Of a stretch of DNA of 64,000 nt, positions 22,279-34,330 are shown one piece after another. This DNA is from Leucoraja ocellata (taxonomy: Eukaryota): NCBI GenBank assembly GCA_036785375.1, contig JAWMAR010001454.1:186001-250000 (forward strand), in the 5' to 3' direction. The notes beneath the pieces are model-generated. The model was given only the letters and a program-made list of their open reading frames with translations. It was not told where the DNA came from and made no database searches. The position numbers and the translations under genes are program-made. Within the stretch, counting starts at the first letter, position 1. The number at the start of each line of letters is the position of its first letter.

Positions 22279-24139
22279 GGTTATGGGTGTTTCTTCTGTC
22301 TCTTCCCAGACCAGCGAGTCTTGCGCATTGCCTGACGTGGCGGTGATGTTTGTAGTCCTTCTCTCCTGGGGGAGGTGGGACCAGTACAAACAGGACGGTC
22401 TGCACCTGGACTGGAATGGAACCAAGGTCCTTGGGGGAGTGTTTGCTAGTGCTGTCGGGGAGGATTTAAACTAATGTGGCAGGGGGATGGGTACAAGAGC
22501 AGAGAGGCAGAGGGGTGTAAAATGAGGGTAGAAGAAAGAGGTAGCAAGGTGAAAAGTAAAAGTGGCAGGCAGACAAAACCAGGGCAAAAATCAAAAAGGG
22601 CCACTTCTCAACATAATTGTATAAGGGGTAAGAGTGTTGTAAAAACAAGCCTGAAGGCTTTGTGTCTCAATGCAAGGAGTATTCGTAATAAGGTGGATGA
22701 GTTGAACGTGCAGATAGCCATTAATGATTATGATATAGTTGGGATCACGGAGACATGGCTCCAGGGTGACCAAGGCTGGGAGCTGAACATCCAGGGATAT
22801 TCAATATTCAGGAGGGATAGAGAGAAAGGAAAAGGAGATGGGGTAGTGTTACTGGTTAGAGAGGAGATTAACGCAATGGAAAGGAAGGACATTAGCTTGG
22901 AGGATGTGGAATCGATATGGGTAGAGCTGCGAAACACTAAGGGGCAGAAAACGCTGGTGGGTGTTGTGTACAGGCCACCTAACAGTAGTAGTGAAGTTGG
23001 AGATGGTATCAAACAGGAAATTAGAAATGCGTGCGACAAAGGCAAAACAGTTATAATGGGTGACTTCAATCTACATATAGATTGGGTGAATCAAATTGGC
23101 AGGGGTGCTGAGGAAGAGGATTTCTTGGAATGTATGCGGGATAGTTATCTAAACCAACATGTAGAGGAACCAACGAGAGAGCAGGCTATTTTAGACTGGG
23201 TATTGAGTAATGAGGAAGGGTTAGTTAGTAGTCTTGTTGTGCGTGGCCCCTTGGGCAAGAGTGACCATAATATGGTTGAGTTCTTCATTAGGATGGAGTG
23301 TGAGATTGTTAATTCAGAAACAATGGTTTTGAACTTAAAGAAAGGTAACTTTGAGGGTATGAGACGTGAATTGGCCAAGATTGACTGGCAATTAATTCTA
23401 AAAGGGTTGACAGTGGATATGCAATGGAAGACATTTAAAGACTGCATGGATGAACTACAAAAATTGTTCATCCCAGTTTGGCAAAAGAATAAATCAGGGA
23501 AGGTAGTACATCCATGGATAACAAGGGAAATCAGGGATAGTATCAAAGCGAAGGATGATGCGTACAAATTAGCCAGAAAAAGCAGCATACCGGAGGAATG
23601 GGAGAAATTCAGAGACCAGCAGAGGAGGATGAAGGGCTTAATTAGGAAAGGAAAAATGGATTATGAAATAAAACTGGCAGGGAACATAAAAACTGACTGC
23701 AAAAGTTTTTATAGATATGTGAAAAGAAAGAGATTAGTTAAAACAAATGTAGGTCCTTTGCAGTCAGAAACAGGTGAGTTGATCATGGGGAACAAGGATA
23801 TGGCGGACCAATTGAATAACTACTTTAGTTCCGTCTTCACAAAGGAAGACATAAATAATCTGCCGGAAATAGCAGGGGCCCGCAGGTCAAAGGAGTTGGA
23901 GGAATTGAGTGAAATCCAGGTTAGTCGGGAAGTGGTGTTGGGTAAATTGAATGGATTAAAGGCCGATAAATCCCCAGGGCCAGATAGGTTGCATCCCAGA
24001 GTACTTAAGGAAGTAGCTCCAGAAATAGTGGATGCATTAGTAATAATCTTTCAAAACTCTTTAGATTCTGGAGTAGTTCCAGAGGATTGGCGGGTAGCAA
24101 ACGTAACCCCACTTTTTAAGCGGGTAGCAAACGTAACCT

Positions 24140-25751
24140 CACTTCTATGGCCTCTTCGACAGGGACAATCTAGAGACAGCCATCAAGGCTGTGCTACCTG
24201 CCAATCACCAACCCCTCACACTCACCCCCTACGACGTGTACGTGGCACTGAGTAGGACTAATGCACGTAAGGCTGCTGGCCCTGACGGCATCCCCGGGCG
24301 CGTGCTCAGGGCCTGTGCTGCGCAGCTGACAGACGTCTGGACTGACATCTTCAACCTGTCACTTGCCCAAGCAGTTGTCCCCACTTGCCTTAAAACCACC
24401 TCCATCGTGCCAGTGCCAAAACACTCCACTGCGGCAAGCCTCAACGACTTCCGCCCAGTTGCACTTACCCCCATCATCACCAAGTGCTTTGAGAGGCTGG
24501 TCCTGGCACACCTCAAAAGCTGCCTACCCCCCACACTGGATCCCTATCAGTTTGCCTACCGCAAGAACAGGAGTACGGAGGATGCCATCTCAACGGCACT
24601 TCACTCCGCCCTCTCCCACCTCGACAACAGAGACACTTATGTAAGAATGCTGTTCATCGATTACAGCTCAGCATTCAACACCATTATTCCATCAAAACTG
24701 ATCACCAAACTCGGTAACCTGGGCATCGACCCCTCCCTCTGCAACTGGATACTGGACTTTCTAACCAACAGACCCCAGTCTGTGAGGTTAGACAAGCACA
24801 CCTCTTCAACCCTCACCCTGTTCCTCAGGGCTGTGTGCTGAGCCCCCTCCTCTACTCCCTCTTCACCTATGACTGCACACCTGTACATGGTACTAACACC
24901 ATCATCAAGTATGCAGATGATACAACGGTGATTGGCCTCATCAGCAACAACGATGAGCTGGCCTACAGGGAGGAGGTCCAGCACTTAGCAGCATGGTGCG
25001 CTGACAACAACCTGGCCCTTAACTCCAAGAAGACCAAGGAGCTCATTGTAGACTTCAGGAAGTCCAGAGGCGGCACGCATACCCCCATCCACATTAACGG
25101 GACGGAGGTGGAACGTGTTTCTAGCTTCAGGTTCCTGGGAGTCAACATCTCCGATGACCTCTCTTGGACCCACAATACCTCTACTCTGATCAAGAAGGCT
25201 CATCAGCGTCTCTTCTTCCTGAGGAGACTGAAGAAGGTCCATCTGTCTCCTCAGATCCTGGTGAACTTCTACCGCTGCACCATCGAGAGCATCCTTACCA
25301 ACTGCATCACAGTATGGTATGGCAACTGCTCTGTCTCTGACCGGAAGGCATTGCAGAGGGTGGTGAAAATTGCCCAACGCATCACCGGTTCCACGCTCCC
25401 CTCCATTGAGTCTGTCCAAAGCAAGCGTTGTCTGCGGAGGGCGCTCAGCATCGCCAAGGACTGCTCTCACCCCAAACATGGACTGTTTACCCTCCTACCA
25501 TCCGGGAGGCGCTACAGGTCTCTCCGTTGCCGAACCAGCAGGTCGAGGAACAGCTTCTTTCCGGCGGCTGTCACTCTACTCAACAACGTACCTCGGTGAC
25601 TGCCAATCACCCCCCCCCCCCCCCCCGGACACTTATTATTTTTTTTAATTCAAATCGTTTGCTATGTCGCTCTTCAAGGGAGATGCTAAATGCATTTCGT
25701 TGTCTCTGTACTGTACACTGACAATGACAATTAAATCGAATCTGAATCTGA
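24140..25751 (+). mobile_element. Rex1/Babar LINE (RT domain to 3' tail) nested in CR1
   Basis: [40 protein letters not shown] and LPSGRRYRSL motifs; (gaatct)n tail. Confidence 0.9.
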
Positions 25752-25796
25752 AGAAGGGAGGGAGAGAGAAAACGGGGAATTACAGACCAGTTAGTC

Positions 25797-26563
25797 TAGA
25801 AACATAGAAACATAGAAATTAGGTGCAGGAGTAGGCCATTCGGCCCTTCGAGCCTGCACCGCCATTCAATATGATCATGGCTGATCATCCAACTCAGTAT
25901 CCCGTACCTGCCTTCTCTCCATACCCCCTGATCCCCTTAGCCACAAGGGCACATCTAACTCCCTCTTAAATATAGCCAATGAACTGGCCTCAACTACCCT
26001 CTGTGGCAGAGAGTTCCAGAGATTCACCACTCTCTGTGTGAAAAATGTTCTTCTCATCTCGGTTTTAAAGGATTTCCCCTTTATCCTTAAGCTGCGACCC
26101 CTTGTCCTGGACTTCCCCAACATCGGGAACAACCTTCCTGCATCTAGCCTGTCCAACCCCTTAAGAATTTTGTAAGTTTCTATAAGATCCCCTCTCAATC
26201 TTCTAAATTCTAGAGAGTATAAACCAAGTCTATCCAGTCTTTCTTCATAAGACAGTCCTGACATCCCAGGAGTCAGTCTGGTGAACCGTCTCTGCACTCC
26301 CTCTATGGCAATAATGCCCTTCCTCAGATTTGGAGACCAAAACGGTACGCTATATTCCAGGTGTGGTCTCACCAAGACCCTGTACAACTGCAGTAGAACC
26401 TCTCTGCTCCTATACTCAAATCCTTTTGCAATGAAAGCTAACATACCATTCGCTTTCTTTACTGCCTGCTGCACCTGCATGCCTACCTTCAATGACTGGT
26501 GTACCATGACACCCAGGTCTCGCTGCATCTCCCCCTTTCCCAATCGGCCACCATTTAGATAAT
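25797..26563 (-). mobile_element. CR1 3' portion inserted antisense into the host CR1
   Basis: ORF 25875..26543; tail (gaaacata)n at 25797-25818. Confidence 0.9.
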
Positions 26564-28679
26564 AACATCAGTAGTGGGGAAAATGCTAGAGTCAGTTATT
26601 AAAGATGGGATAGCAGCACATTTGGAAAGTGGTGAAATCATTGGACAAAGTCAGCATGGATTTATGAAAGGTAAATCATGTCTGACGAATCTTATAGAAT
26701 TTTTCGGGGATGTAACTGGTAGCGTGGATAGGGGAAAACCAGTGGATGTGGTGTATCTGGACTTCCAGAAGGCTTTCGACAAGGTCCCACATAAGAGATT
26801 AGTATACAAACTTAAAGCACATGGCATTGGGGGTTCAGTATTGATGTGGATAGAGAACTGGCTGGCAAACAGGAAGCAAAGAGTAGGAGTAAACGGATCC
26901 TTTTCACAATGGCAGGCAGTGACTAGTGGGGTACCGCAAGGCTCAGTGCTGGGACCCCAGCTATTTACAATATATATTAATGATCTGGATGAGGGAATTG
27001 AAGGCAATATCGCCAAGTTTGCGGATGACACTAAGCTGGGGGGCAGTGTTAGCTGTGAGAAGGATGCTAGGAGACTGCAAGGTGACTTGGATAGGCTGGG
27101 TGAGTGGGCAAATGTTTGGCAGATGCAGTATAATGTGGATAAATGTGAGGTTATCCATTTTGGTGGCAAAAACGGGAAAGCAGACTATTTCCTAAATGGT
27201 GGTCGATTGGGAAAGGGGGACATGCAGCGAGACCTCGGTGTCATGGTACACCAGTCATTGAAGGTAGGCATGCAGGTGCAGCAGGCAGTAAAGAAAGCGA
27301 ATGGTATGTTGGCTTTCATAGCAAATGATTTGAGTATAGGAGCAGGGAGGTTCTACTGCAGTTGTACAGGGTCTTGGTGAGACCAAACCTGGAGTATTGC
27401 GTGCAGTTTTGGTCTCCAAATCTGAGGAAGGACATTATTGCCATAGAGGGAGTGCAGAGAAGGTTCACCAAACTGATTCCTGGGATGTCAGGACTGTCTT
27501 ATGAAGAAAGACTGGATAGACTTGGTTTATACTCTCTCGAATTTAGGAGATTGAGATGGATCTTATAGAAACTTACAAAATTCTTAAGGGGTTGGACAGG
27601 CTAGATGCAGGAAGATTGTTCCCGATGTTGGGGAAGTCCAGGACAAGGGGTCACAGCTTAAGGCTAAGGAGGAAATCCTTTAAAACCGAGATGAGAAGAA
27701 CTTTTTTCACGCAGAGAACTCTCTGCCACAGAGGGTAGTTGAGGCCAGTTCATTGGCTATAGTTAAGAGGGAGTTAGATGTGGCCCTTGTGGCCAAGGGG
27801 ATCAGGGGGTATGGAGAGAAGGCAGGTACGGGATACCGAGTTGGATGATTAGCCATGATCATATTGAATGGCGGTGCAGGCTTGAAGGGCCGAATGGCCT
27901 ACTCCTGCACCTAATTTCTATGTTTCTGTGTTTCTATGTTAACTCTCTTCCTAACTCCCTAAGTTCTCCTTTCAGGACCTCTTCTTTTTTTTACCTATGT
28001 TATTGGTACCTATATGTACCAAAGATCCTATAGCAGAGCAAGATAGGCTACTCCTGCTAAATGCAATGGACTGACGTGTAGTACGCTATGGAGGGGATCA
28101 TGGGCATTTTTCCACGCCCATTTTAGCAACCTGAGCCTACCTAACCCGTCCCGACTCGCACTGTAATCAATGTTGCGGGGCAACAGTTTGTGTCGGTTAG
28201 ATTCATAAATCTGTCAGTTCAAATTTCTTGTCAAGAATAAAATTTGATTCTGGTAATTGCCTTTTTTAATGGTTTTTAAATCATTTCTTTTTAAATGGCT
28301 CACAAACAGTGTTTGAGTTGATTTTGTAGTAACCGGAACCGACCCGACTCGCAGGGTGATTGACAGGGGGGGACTTTTTGTGCGTGATTATAGGGTTAGA
28401 TTCATAATTCTGTTAGTTCATAATTCTGTTGATTCTTGTTAAAGAATAAAATGTTTATAAACACACATACATGAAAATTATATAAATGTATATAACACAC
28501 ACAATTATATTTCTTCTAATCCAATAATGAACTTTATTTCAGACTAGACAAGGGACATTAAATAAGAAACATTGTAAATAAGAAACATTGTAAACCTCCC
28601 TGCAACTTCACACACACTAGGCCTTATCCCCCCCGGCACTCTCTCACCTGCCCCCTTACTACAATGTCCCATCTCCTAC

Positions 28680-29135
28680 GCCCCTCTCCTCGCTGCCCCG
28701 GGTCCCACACTCTCTCTCCCCGCTGCCCCGCTGCCCCGCACTCTCTCTCCCCGCTGCCCCGGGCCCCACACTCCTTCTCCTCGCTGCCCCGGGCCCCACA
28801 CTCTCTCTCCCCACTGCCCCGGGCCCCACACTCCTTCTCCCCGCTGCCCCGGGCCCCACACTCCTTCTCCCCGCTGCCCCGGGCCCCACACTCCCTCTCC
28901 TCACTGCCCCGGACCCCGCACTCCTTCTCCCCGCTGCCCCGCACTCTCTCTCCCCGCTGCCCCGGACCCCGCACTCCTTCTCCCCCGCACTCTCTCTCCC
29001 CGCTGCCCCGGACCCCGCACTCTCTCTCCCCGCTGCCCCGCACTCTCTCTCCCCGCTGCCCCGCACTCTCTCTCCCCGCTGCCCCGCACTCTCTCTCCCC
29101 GCTGCCCCGGGTCCCGCACTCCTTCTCCCCGCTGC
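28680..29135. repeat. GC-rich minisatellite (units of ~22-30 bp: ccccgctgccccg[ggccccaca]ctctctct)
   Basis: Tandem units are directly visible, with a strongly C-rich plus strand. Confidence 0.92.
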
Positions 29136-29289
29136 GGATCCAACCTTTGGCCGGAAGCAAGAAGGCGGGAGCAAGAAAGCGGAACAAGATGTTGGAACAA
29201 GATGGCGGAGGCAGGTTGCTAAAATGAGGCCTAAAATCGTCCATGAATCCACCCATGAACGAACCTCACTTTTGTGTGAGAGTAACCCA

Positions 29290-29875
29290 TCTTGCTCTGC
29301 TATAGGATCTTTGATATGTACTGTGACCTCAGGCTCCTCTCCCTCCCATTTCAGGATTTCTTGGACACGTTCAGACACATCCCTGACCCTGGCACCAGGG
29401 AGGCAAACTACCATCCGGGACTTCTGTCTGCATCCACAGAATCACCTATCCGACCCCCTGACTATAGAGTCCCCTATTACAATTGCCCTCCCCTTCTTTT
29501 CCTTACCCTTCTGAGCAACAGGAGCGGTCTTTGTGCCAGAGGCCCGGCCGCTGTTGCTGCCCCCAGGTAGGCTGTCTCCCCCACCCTTACTCAAACATGA
29601 GTACTTATTTTCAAGGTGTACAGCCACCGGGGTACTCACCAGTCCCTGCCACTGCCCATTGCCCTTCCTAACTGTGACCTAGTTGCCTGCCTCCCGTGGT
29701 CTTGGAGTGACCACCTCCCTGTAACTCCTCTCTATGACCTCCTCGCTCTCCCTGACCAGACAGAGGTCATCGAGTTGCTGCTCCAGGTTCCTAACACGGT
29801 CCCTTAGGAGCCCCATCTCGACGCACCTGGCGCAGATGTGGACGTCTGGAGGGGTATCAGACTCCATGACCAGCC
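29290..29875 (-). mobile_element. CR1 ORF1 fragment (zinc finger/coiled coil and SGNH-esterase start)
   Basis: HICARCVEMGLLRDRVRNLEQQL; RAIVIGDSIVRG; VVCLPGARVRDV. Confidence 0.8.
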
Positions 29876-29984
29876 AAGCCGTCACTATGTTCTGCCAGAT
29901 TCTGAAAGCATTTGACATTGTCAAGGTGAATTATCATCATTTATTCACATTTAAACTGTCTGACATGTCATTTTTACCATGTTA

Positions 29985-30445
29985 TGCTGTTTATCATATG
30001 CTGAGAGAATGGAGCAGCTGGGCTTGTACACTCTGGAGATTTGAAGGATGAGAGGATATCTTATTGAAATATAAAATTATTCAGGGTTTGGACACGCTAG
30101 AGGCAGGAAACATGTTCCCGATGTTGGGGGAGTCCAGAACCTGGGGCCACAGTTTAAGAATAAGGGGTAAGCCATTTAGAACGGAGATGAGGAAACACTT
30201 TTTCGCACAAAGTCTGGCGAGTCTGTGGAATTCTCTGCCTCAGAGGGCGGTGGAGGCAGGTTGTCTGGATACTTTCAAGAGAAAGCTAGATAGGGCTCTT
30301 AAATATAGCGCAGTCAGGGGATATGGGGAGAAGGCAGGAACGGGGTACTGATTGGGGATGATCAGTCATGATCACATTGAATGGCGGTGCTGGCTCGAAG
30401 GGGGAAATGGCCTACTCCTGCACCTATTGTCTATTGTCTATTGTT
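29985..30445 (+). mobile_element. CR1 3' fragment (ctattgt-tail subfamily)
   Basis: ORF 30064..30351; tail ctattgtctattgtctatt. Confidence 0.85.
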
Positions 30446-30527
30446 GCGTATGGGACATGCTCCAGGGAAATATTTGTAATGCGATTTCATAAACAACAAT
30501 GTTGTACACTGAAAAATATTATAGTAA

Positions 30528-30839
30528 TGCCCCTGTCCCACTTAGCAAACCTGAACGGAAACCTCTGGAGACTTTGCGCCCCACCCAAGGTTTCCGTGCG
30601 GTTCCCGGAGGTTGCAGGTAGTGGAAGGTAGACAAAAATGCTGGAGAAACTCAGCGGGTGCAGCAGCATTTATGGAACAAAGGAAATAGGCAACGTTTCG
30701 GGCCGAAACCCATCTTCTTGCTGGTAGTGGAAGCAGGCAGGGAGACTGACAAAAACATCTGGGAACCGCACGGAAACCTTAGGTGGGGCGCGAGGTCTCC
30801 AGAGGTTTCCGTTCAGGATTCCTAAGTGGGACAGGGGCA
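30528..30839. mobile_element. MITE with ~85-bp terminal inverted repeats (Harbinger-like), carrying a nested Penelope fragment
   Basis: tgcccctgtcccacttag...ctaagtgggacaggggca, flanked by taa/tag. The internal insert at ~30628-30722 is flanked by a duplicated ggtagtggaag. Confidence 0.75.
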
Positions 30840-31544
30840 TAGGATCATGACTAGACATGAACAATAACGATTGCAGCAAGGTAGGCCATTAGGCCCTTAA
30901 AACTGGTTCAGCCTTCAACCCAATCATTGCTGATCGTCATGTGTCCGATTCTTCAAAATATTATTAGATCCCTCCAACTCCAAGAACTGCATCTAGCAGA
31001 TTTGTGAATGGATGTAATGAGTATTAATCATTTACACTTCTCACTTCCAGTCCAGAGTGGCTTTGGGTCCAAACTGTCAGAGAGCACAATTAAATGATGA
31101 ATCCTAAAGACCCATTGGTTAACCAATTGCGTCGCCAGTTGTGGGTATGAGACACGTGTTGCTGGGCAGATCTTGGAGTTGTTAGTTTGCAGTCAGCAGC
31201 TCTGTGCATCGGGCTGGAACCAGTACATTCATTTCTCTAAATAATCCACAGGTGCTTCCGTTCTCCTCCTGCTCTTTGCTAAGGATGGAGTGTTGGACTC
31301 CAGCCACATCATATGTGGGGGAAAGGTGAAATCAAATGGAATCAGAATACATATGAAATGCCATTCATTTTTTAAAATTCAGCCTGAACGGCGAGTTGTG
31401 AGGCTAATAACATTGTGAGACACAGATGTGGCAGGGAAAACGTAACATTTTGGACGATCATTCATGATCAAGTTTATAATAACATATTTTATTGTCATTG
31501 CACATATGTGCAAAGAGATTTAGTATGCAGCTTCCATCCGATGT

Positions 31545-33245
31545 TTCTATGTTTCTAACGTGTAAACTGAGATCAAACGGCCCACTCATGCGATCTATCT
31601 GTTATCTTTTGTACTCCTATGTTATATCAAATCCATTTTAATTCGCTGCCGTATCGATCAGGTTCCCCGTGGCTTCTCCAAGACTACATGTTCATTAAAT
31701 CCATGTGGGGAAAACTAAATTAACTTTATTAACGCCTCACACTAATTGTTTGTGTTTATGTGGCTCTGCACAAACGGTCTTTGTTATCATAAGAGTACGC
31801 ATTGAATAAATGATAGAATGACTAATAGCATAAGGAAGGAATGCATTTAAGATTCTGCCGAATCAGAATATCCCCCCTCTTCTACATTTTCTGTGGCGAA
31901 ATTATGAATGATGGGCAAGAGGTCACCATGTAACTGAAAGGAAACATCTGTGTCGGCCGTGCTGCTAAATTAATCAGGCACTTGCAGTCTGCTGCTCAAA
32001 CACTGAAAACTGTGATGATGAATTACAACTAACAAAATAAAAAACTACCTCGCAATCTATATCTCGCAAACTTCCAGCTACCAATCATATTGGTTGCATG
32101 CTGCATCATTTCGATTAAACTGTCAGGAGTATCAATTCTGATCGTGTAAATCCCGGCTACTGTGTTTGATTGAGATTAACTTTCACGTTTACAGTGGGAT
32201 CAATGTCTCTTAGATTCTGTATGGAATCTGTTTAGTAATTATCTGACATAGAGTTATAAGGTAGTTCATATAGTGGGTATGATTGCTAGTCACACACCAC
32301 ACAGATGAGTAGGATATCGTAAAATACCGAATGGATACTCATTATATTCTAGTTTAGCGAAGGCCAGAGGTGTCCACATTGTTCCCATTTGCACACTGAA
32401 GCCGCGTACATGAAGTGAGCGCTTCTGCGTGAAGGTCACTGGATGATATAATGTAGGCGTGTGTGAAAATGTAAAAGATATCTGGGATGATCAGTGGGGT
32501 CTGGATTCCATGTTCTTTAGCCAGAGCACACAGACGTTTTACAAATCGACAAATGCTGTGATCCATGTGTTTCGCCGCATATTTTCCTGCACCAGTCATC
32601 TCTTTCTGACTATTGAGTATGGTAGAAATACTCCTTGGGCAAATGCACTGCCCTACGCTTATTTAAACCTATCAACCCTTATGATTTAATTGTCAATTAA
32701 TTGTATATTTCACATTGTTTTAGTAAATTAATGCACCGCAATACAACAAAACCAATGATTCAACGATTCAATGAAACTTTATTGCCACATGCAGCTAGGT
32801 ACAGTGAAATTCTTTATTTTATCATAAAATCTAGTAAATTCGCACAGCAGACCTCACCCGAGGTAATGTACAAATAGTCGCCATGTTTCTGGGCCCAAGA
32901 AAGTTACAAAATGTCTATTGAACTGACATCAATGACAGGTCAGTCAAAAGTCAATGTCTTTGCACGGATAGAATCAGTCCTTGATTTAACCATTTAATCA
33001 CAGCTAAGCATTATCGGTATATCTGCTGGAGTCACTCCACGGGCAATGACACCACTGGTAAATACATGGTTATCTCCATAAACATTGCTCGTTCCAATTC
33101 TACAAGAGTAGAGGGATGTACTACTAATATAGTGAGCAAAGCCCTCACAACTGTTTTTCGGACAAATATTATAGGGGAGGGTAATCCTTGACGAGACCCA
33201 ATGACAAAGTTCACTTGACTCTCTCCCATGAAATGCACTGGGACA
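31545..33245 (+). repeat. Copy A of an old ~1.7-kb non-coding duplication; copy B is split across 41440-41627, 45911-46970, 49225-49302 and 53019-53232
   Basis: Colinear, same-orientation similarity. Examples: gagatcaaacggcccactcatgcgat / gagatcgaacggcccactcatgcgat; gaatgatgggcaagaggtcaccatgtaactgaaaggaaaca in both; gggcaatgacaccactggtaaatacat in both. Confidence 0.9.
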
Positions 33246-33349
33246 AATGCAGTGTTGGTTGGATGCGGAGACGAGATCCCTCCATACACTATAAATCGCA
33301 CGGAGCGTGTATTTAATGTGATGCTCCTGCTCATGTCCTAATGTGCACA

Positions 33350-33625
33350 CTGCCACACAGTTGCACAGATCCAGGTTCGATCCTTACTTCTAGAGCTGTC
33401 TGTGTGGAGGTTGCCACCGCGTAGATTTACTCTGGAGGCTCCGGTTTCCTACCACATCCCAAAGATATACGGATCTGTAGGTGTAATGGGCTGTGTATTA
33501 TTGCGTTTTATATGTTCGATGTGGATGAGAGTGGGATAACAATAAACTAGCGTGAACAGCAGGTCGATGTTCACCATGGACTCGTTAGGCACAAGGGCCT
33601 GTATCCATGCGGCATCTCAAAAATT
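33350..33625 (+). mobile_element. Degenerate V-SINE
   Basis: B-box-like ggttcgatcc followed by gctgtctgtgtggag..ctccggtttcctaccacatcccaaaga. Confidence 0.65.
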
Positions 33626-34330
33626 ACAATTAAATATAGTCACAAGGATAGATACCTAAAGGGGCTATTTCCATTATTTCTCATGAATGCTTCTCTTGCA
33701 CTGCTCACTCTTCTACGCCCGAAAATATTCTCAGGTCATTGAAAATGTAGATCATGAAGATCGTGTTAAATCCAATAAAGAGGCATAAACATTGGCCAGA
33801 GGAAGCAGCAAACCGGAGGACTGGGAGACATTTAGAATTCAACAGAGGAGGACATTGAGGGGGGAAATAGAGCATGAAACAAAGCATGCGGAGAATTTAA
33901 CAACTGACTGTAAAATCTTTTAAAGATATGTGAAGAGGAAGAGATTAGTGAAGGCAAATATAGGTCCGTTACAGTCAGAAACGGGTGGATATATAATGGG
34001 AATTTATAATGGGAAACATGAAAAGGCAGACCAGTTAAACGAGTACTTTAGTTTTGTCGACACAAACAATCTCCCGGAAAAACTAGGGGAGCGAGGATCT
34101 ACTGGCAGGCAGTGACTAGTGGGGTGCTGCAAGGATCGCTGCTGGGACTCCCGTTGTTTCCAATATATATTAATGATTTAGACGATGGAATTAAATGAAA
34201 CAATAAGTTTGTGGGTGACACAATGCTGGGTGGTAGTGTGGGCTGCGAGGAAGATTCTATGAGGCTGCGGGGTGACTTGTATAGGTTGGTTGAGTGGGAA
34301 GAAGCAGGGCAGTGCTGTTTAATGTGGATT

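Larger units (their letters stand above)
18874..22345 (-). mobile_element. DIRS1-type tyrosine-recombinase retrotransposon, 5'-truncated (copy 1)
   Basis: The terminus at 18874-18950 is inverted-repeated by an internal complementary region (ICR) at ~19101-19205. RT/RNaseH/methyltransferase-like and tyrosine-recombinase ORFs lie inside. Confidence 0.92.
22360..27940 (+). mobile_element. Near-complete CR1 ORF2 (endonuclease + RT) split by two nested insertions
   Basis: APE domain (CLNARSIRNK, GITETW, GDFN, SDH) from 22474. The frame resumes at ~25752 (KGGREKTGNYRPVSL) and at ~26563 (GKMLESVIKD..FADD); tail near 27915-27938. Confidence 0.92.

Noticed and set aside
26281-27169. Recurring antisense ORFs (MPPKWITSHLS..., MIMADHP...) as a gene family
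   Set aside because: They are reverse-strand translations of CR1 copies.
28624-29414. Repetitive Gly/Arg/Pro-rich ORFs, and the repeat as a CRISPR-like array
   Set aside because: They arise from a stop-poor minisatellite open in several frames. There are no unique spacers and the DNA is eukaryotic.
31252-31325. Possible plus-strand exon (ccacag|...AAG|gtgaaa)
   Set aside because: No recognisable peptide in any frame, a weak donor and no partner exons.
32354-33356. ORFs of 81-120 aa within duplication copy A
   Set aside because: Copy B has indels and stops in the same frames, and there is no domain similarity.
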